Source of the DNA: a virus
Taxonomy: Duplodnaviria > Caudoviricetes
Length of the DNA stretch: 54,630 nt
Direction: 5' to 3' (one strand)
IMG/VR virus record: IMGVR_UViG_3300028293_000001
Span: 1 to 54,630 of that record
Under the pieces are notes generated by a model that was given only the letters and a program-made list of their open reading frames with translations, ran no database searches and was not told where the DNA came from. Made by a program: the position numbers and the translations under genes. Positions 52,679 to 54,630 of the stretch are shown here, piece after piece; within the stretch, counting starts at the first letter, position 1, and each line of letters opens with the position of its first letter.

Positions 52679-53408
52679 GGACGGCCTCCCGCTCTGCCTG
52701 GATCCGGTGGGCATGGCTCGGGACGAAGGTCCCGGCCTCCAACTGCCGTGTCAGCCCTGCAAACATCGCCATGGGGTCGCGCACCGACTTCTCGCGCAGG
52801 ATCCCCTCGAGCTCATCCAGCAGGTTCTGGGCCTCTCTCGGGCTGATCGCCTCGAGGTAAGGTCGCATCGCCTCCTGCTGAGCGCTTGAGAGCCTTTGGG
52901 GGTAGAGCAGTTTCCTACCAGCCGCCGCCGCAGCCTTGGAGTTATCCACAGGCTTTGCCGGTGGCGCTTGCTTTGCTGCTGCGGCTTTGTAGTTGGTTCC
53001 TGACGGTTCGGCGGACATAGCTATGTCACCCCTTTGGGACCTGGGTGTCCGCCCCTGAGGGACCTGGGTGTCACCCCTTGAAGGGGGGGGAGACAACTTG
53101 TCCTCCCCCCCTGTGGATAAGTTTTCCTGGTTGAAGAGGGGCAGCGTTTCGATCATGTGGACCTGGTAGAGGTGGCAGCCGTTCGGCCCCTTGTTGCGTA
53201 GCGTTTTGAGCTCCCCAGCCGCCTCGAGGTGCCGCAGGGCGCGGCGCGTGTTGCGCTCGCTCATCCTGATCATGCGACCGAGGGTGGCGACCGAAGGCCA
53301 TGCCATGCCCTCGCGGTTCGCGATATCAGCGATCGCGAGGAGCAGCAGGAGCTCGGTGCCGCTGTGCTTCGAGTTCTCCCAGACGTAGGCGCTGACGTAG
53401 ACGCTCAC
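52671..53408 (-). CDS. Replication initiator (N-terminal winged HTH, lambda O-like position)
   Basis: LLLLAIAD.AN..G.AWPSVATL......SER..RRAL..LE..G; contains internal iterons. Confidence 0.82.
   Translation of the reverse strand: MSVYVSAYVWENSKHSGTELLLLLAIADIANREGMAWPSVATLGRMIRMSERNTRRALRHLEAAGELKTLRNKGPNGCHLYQVHMIETLPLFNQENLSTGGEDKLSPPPSRGDTQVPQGRTPRSQRGDIAMSAEPSGTNYKAAAAKQAPPAKPVDNSKAAAAAGRKLLYPQRLSSAQQEAMRPYLEAISPREAQNLLDELEGILREKSVRDPMAMFAGLTRQLEAGTFVPSHAHRIQAEREAVHG
52942..53120. other. Putative replication origin: iterons flanked by two DnaA boxes
   Basis: TTATCCACA at 52942-52950 and TGTGGATAA at 53112-53120; TGTC(A/CG)CCCCT-type repeats at 53024, 53046, 53069 and (degenerate) 53099; GGGACCTGGG at 53036 and 53059. 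Confidence 0.75.
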
Positions 53409-53602
53409 GGCAGGCTCGCGAAGCTGTAGCGCCTCGGCCGGCGCAGACCACGCACCCGCGGGTTGGTGCGCAGGCGCTCGCGCGCGGCGGCGGCGCGTAG
53501 GTCAGGCGGCCAGGGGCACTTCCCGTCCCACAACTCGATCGAATCGCTCGTGAGCCAGCGTCTGCTGGCGCTCGGTTCGGCCACCTGCTTCTCCTCTTTC
53601 AT
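53405..53602 (-). CDS. Hypothetical protein (65 aa)
   Basis: Fills the gap between cro and the initiator; GTGA overlap. Confidence 0.45.
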   Translation of the reverse strand: MKEEKQVAEPSASRRWLTSDSIELWDGKCPWPPDLRAAAARERLRTNPRVRGLRRPRRYSFASLP

Positions 53603-53618
53603 GGGCCGGTCACGCCTG

Positions 53619-53825
53619 TCAGGCGGCCAGGCGCTTCTGCTTGATCTTGTCGTAGATCTTGGGATCCACCACGAGCTTGCCCTTCGAGAGGACCTGGCAC
53701 TTGTAGGCGATGCCCTCGGGCACGACATCGCCCCAGCCGTGTACCGCCTGCTTGGTCACACCGAGCTTCGCGGCGACTGCCGGCTCGGTGCCCCCGAAGA
53801 ACTCGATCACGTCGGTTTTTTTCAT
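53619..53825 (-). CDS. Cro-like HTH regulator
   Basis: MKK.DVIEFFGG....A.KLGVTKQAV..WG..VPE; upstream of the initiator. Confidence 0.85.
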   Translation of the reverse strand: MKKTDVIEFFGGTEPAVAAKLGVTKQAVHGWGDVVPEGIAYKCQVLSKGKLVVDPKIYDKIKQKRLAA

Positions 53826-53831
53826 GGTTGG

Positions 53832-53876
53832 GTGAACTTTACTTGACCGGCTCGGTGGAAGTCAAGCCGCCTTTAC
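53832..53876 (-). promoter_or_regulatory. cro promoter with operator-like boxes
   Basis: Minus strand TTGACT-18-TAAAGT; GTCAAG-CCGC-CTTTAC (53861-53876) and degenerate GTGAAC-TTTA-CTTGAC (53832-53847). Confidence 0.72.
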
Positions 53877-54387
53877 CCGGCAGACACACAAGGTGTCCGG
53901 GTATGCCGCTGCGCTCGAGCGCTACGACGTTCCCTGCACCATACGCAACAAGGCAACTTGGCGCTCCTGCGCTCGCCTCTGCTCGGCGCCCGTCGCTGTG
54001 ATGGAAACGCAGCCGGCCGCGCAAAAAGAGCACGGCATGCGCCCCCCCCCAGACGTGCTCGAAGAACATATCGGTCTCGGTGCGCGCGAAAATGAGTGCG
54101 ATGGCGTTTCCGTGCGCTGCGGCGCGCGCAAGCCACGCCGCAGCTTGGGTGCCGTAAGGCGGATTGCACCAGACTCGCCCGAACCAGGGCTGCGCGAGTC
54201 CGTTGTCGAGGACGCAGAACGTCTTCGCGGCCGTCTTCCAAGGAGGGTAGATCGGTGAGCACGGATCCAGATCGAATTCGCCCAAGGCCCGAAGGATCTC
54301 GGGCGGGGTCAACCATTCATCGTGGGACAGTGAAGCGGAGAACCCGTCTTTCCGTGCTGGTAGGTCCTCACCGAGAAGATCGGTCAC
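53839..54387 (-). CDS. dam: Phage DNA N6-adenine methyltransferase
   Basis: DEWLTP, FDLDPC, VWCNPPYG, ARTET..F, FLRGRL.F. Confidence 0.88.
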   Translation of the reverse strand: MTDLLGEDLPARKDGFSASLSHDEWLTPPEILRALGEFDLDPCSPIYPPWKTAAKTFCVLDNGLAQPWFGRVWCNPPYGTQAAAWLARAAAHGNAIALIFARTETDMFFEHVWGGAHAVLFLRGRLRFHHSDGRRAEASAGAPSCLVAYGAGNVVALERSGIPGHLVCLPGKGGLTSTEPVK

Positions 54388-54630
54388 TCCACCATCTCCT
54401 GTTCGACCGCCACCAGGTTCGCCCGCACGATCGCCGCGGCCATGGGCGGGGGCACGCTGTTGCCGCACATCCTGACCTGGACCTTCTTGGTCATTGGCTC
54501 GCCGTCCGCTCCGCGCTCGATCTGGTAGGACCGTGGGAAATCGTGGGCGGAGAAGAGCTCGCGCGGCTGGAGCATCCGCATCCCGATATCGACGATCACG
54601 TGGGGCTCGCCTTCGACAGTCACAGTCACC
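54384..54630 (-). CDS. dcm: DNA cytosine-C5 methyltransferase, 3' part
   Basis: DIGMRMLQPREL...FP..Y...QVRMCGNSVPP; in frame with 1..1320. Confidence 0.92.
   Translation of the reverse strand, partial: VTVTVEGEPHVIVDIGMRMLQPRELFSAHDFPRSYQIERGADGEPMTKKVQVRMCGNSVPPPMAAAIVRANLVAVEQEMVE
54504..54630. repeat. Terminal direct repeat, copy 2 (circular assembly overlap)
   Basis: Identical to 1-127. Confidence 0.95.

Noticed and set aside
54504-54630. 127-bp terminal repeat as a biological packaging repeat
   Set aside because: It falls mid-gene and its length equals a common assembler k-mer, so it is best read as a circular overlap.
1-54630. Frequent CTCGAG and GATC words as a modification signal
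   Set aside because: They are explicable by codon usage (CTC-GAG, ATC) at high GC, and I could not compute enrichment against a codon-aware null.

Overview
This window looks like a complete, circularly assembled genome (54,503 bp unique; bases 1-127 recur at 54504-54630) of a GC-rich tailed phage with podovirus-type morphogenesis genes (T7/BPP-1-like portal, scaffold, capsid, tail tubular proteins A/B, ejection proteins). The nested Rz/Rz1-type spanins imply a Gram-negative host. A symmetric divergent promoter at about 2.7 kb drives two early arms. The leftward arm carries a C5 and an N6-adenine DNA methyltransferase, a Cro-like regulator, a replication initiator with internal iterons and DnaA boxes, and a RuvC-like resolvase. 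The rightward arm carries DUF4942, an AAA ATPase, an SPFH protein, a J-domain protein, DUF5131 and an ASCH protein. The main finding is a near-complete pseudaminic-acid-type (nonulosonic acid) pathway at the head of the late, minus-strand region: PseB, a short PseC-like aminotransferase, a PseH-like GNAT, PseI, PseF, a Pse-associated methylase, and a PseA/WbuX-like amidotransferase with a HisF-like partner. Three Maf/sialyltransferase-fold candidate transferases and several very Ser/Thr-rich small proteins lie in this cluster and among the virion genes. Together these suggest a phage-encoded system for O-glycosylating the virion with a sialic-acid-like sugar; this is inference, not shown. Other oddities are a holin-spanin fusion with an internal prepilin-peptidase-like site, leaders on the capsid and decoration proteins that both end in FASM, a zeta-toxin-like kinase inside an ejection protein, an exact 56-bp repeat bracketing part of the sugar cluster, and a parS-like site. 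I recognised no integrase, CI repressor, DNA polymerase, tRNA or CRISPR array. All protein calls come from motif recognition by eye, not database searches.
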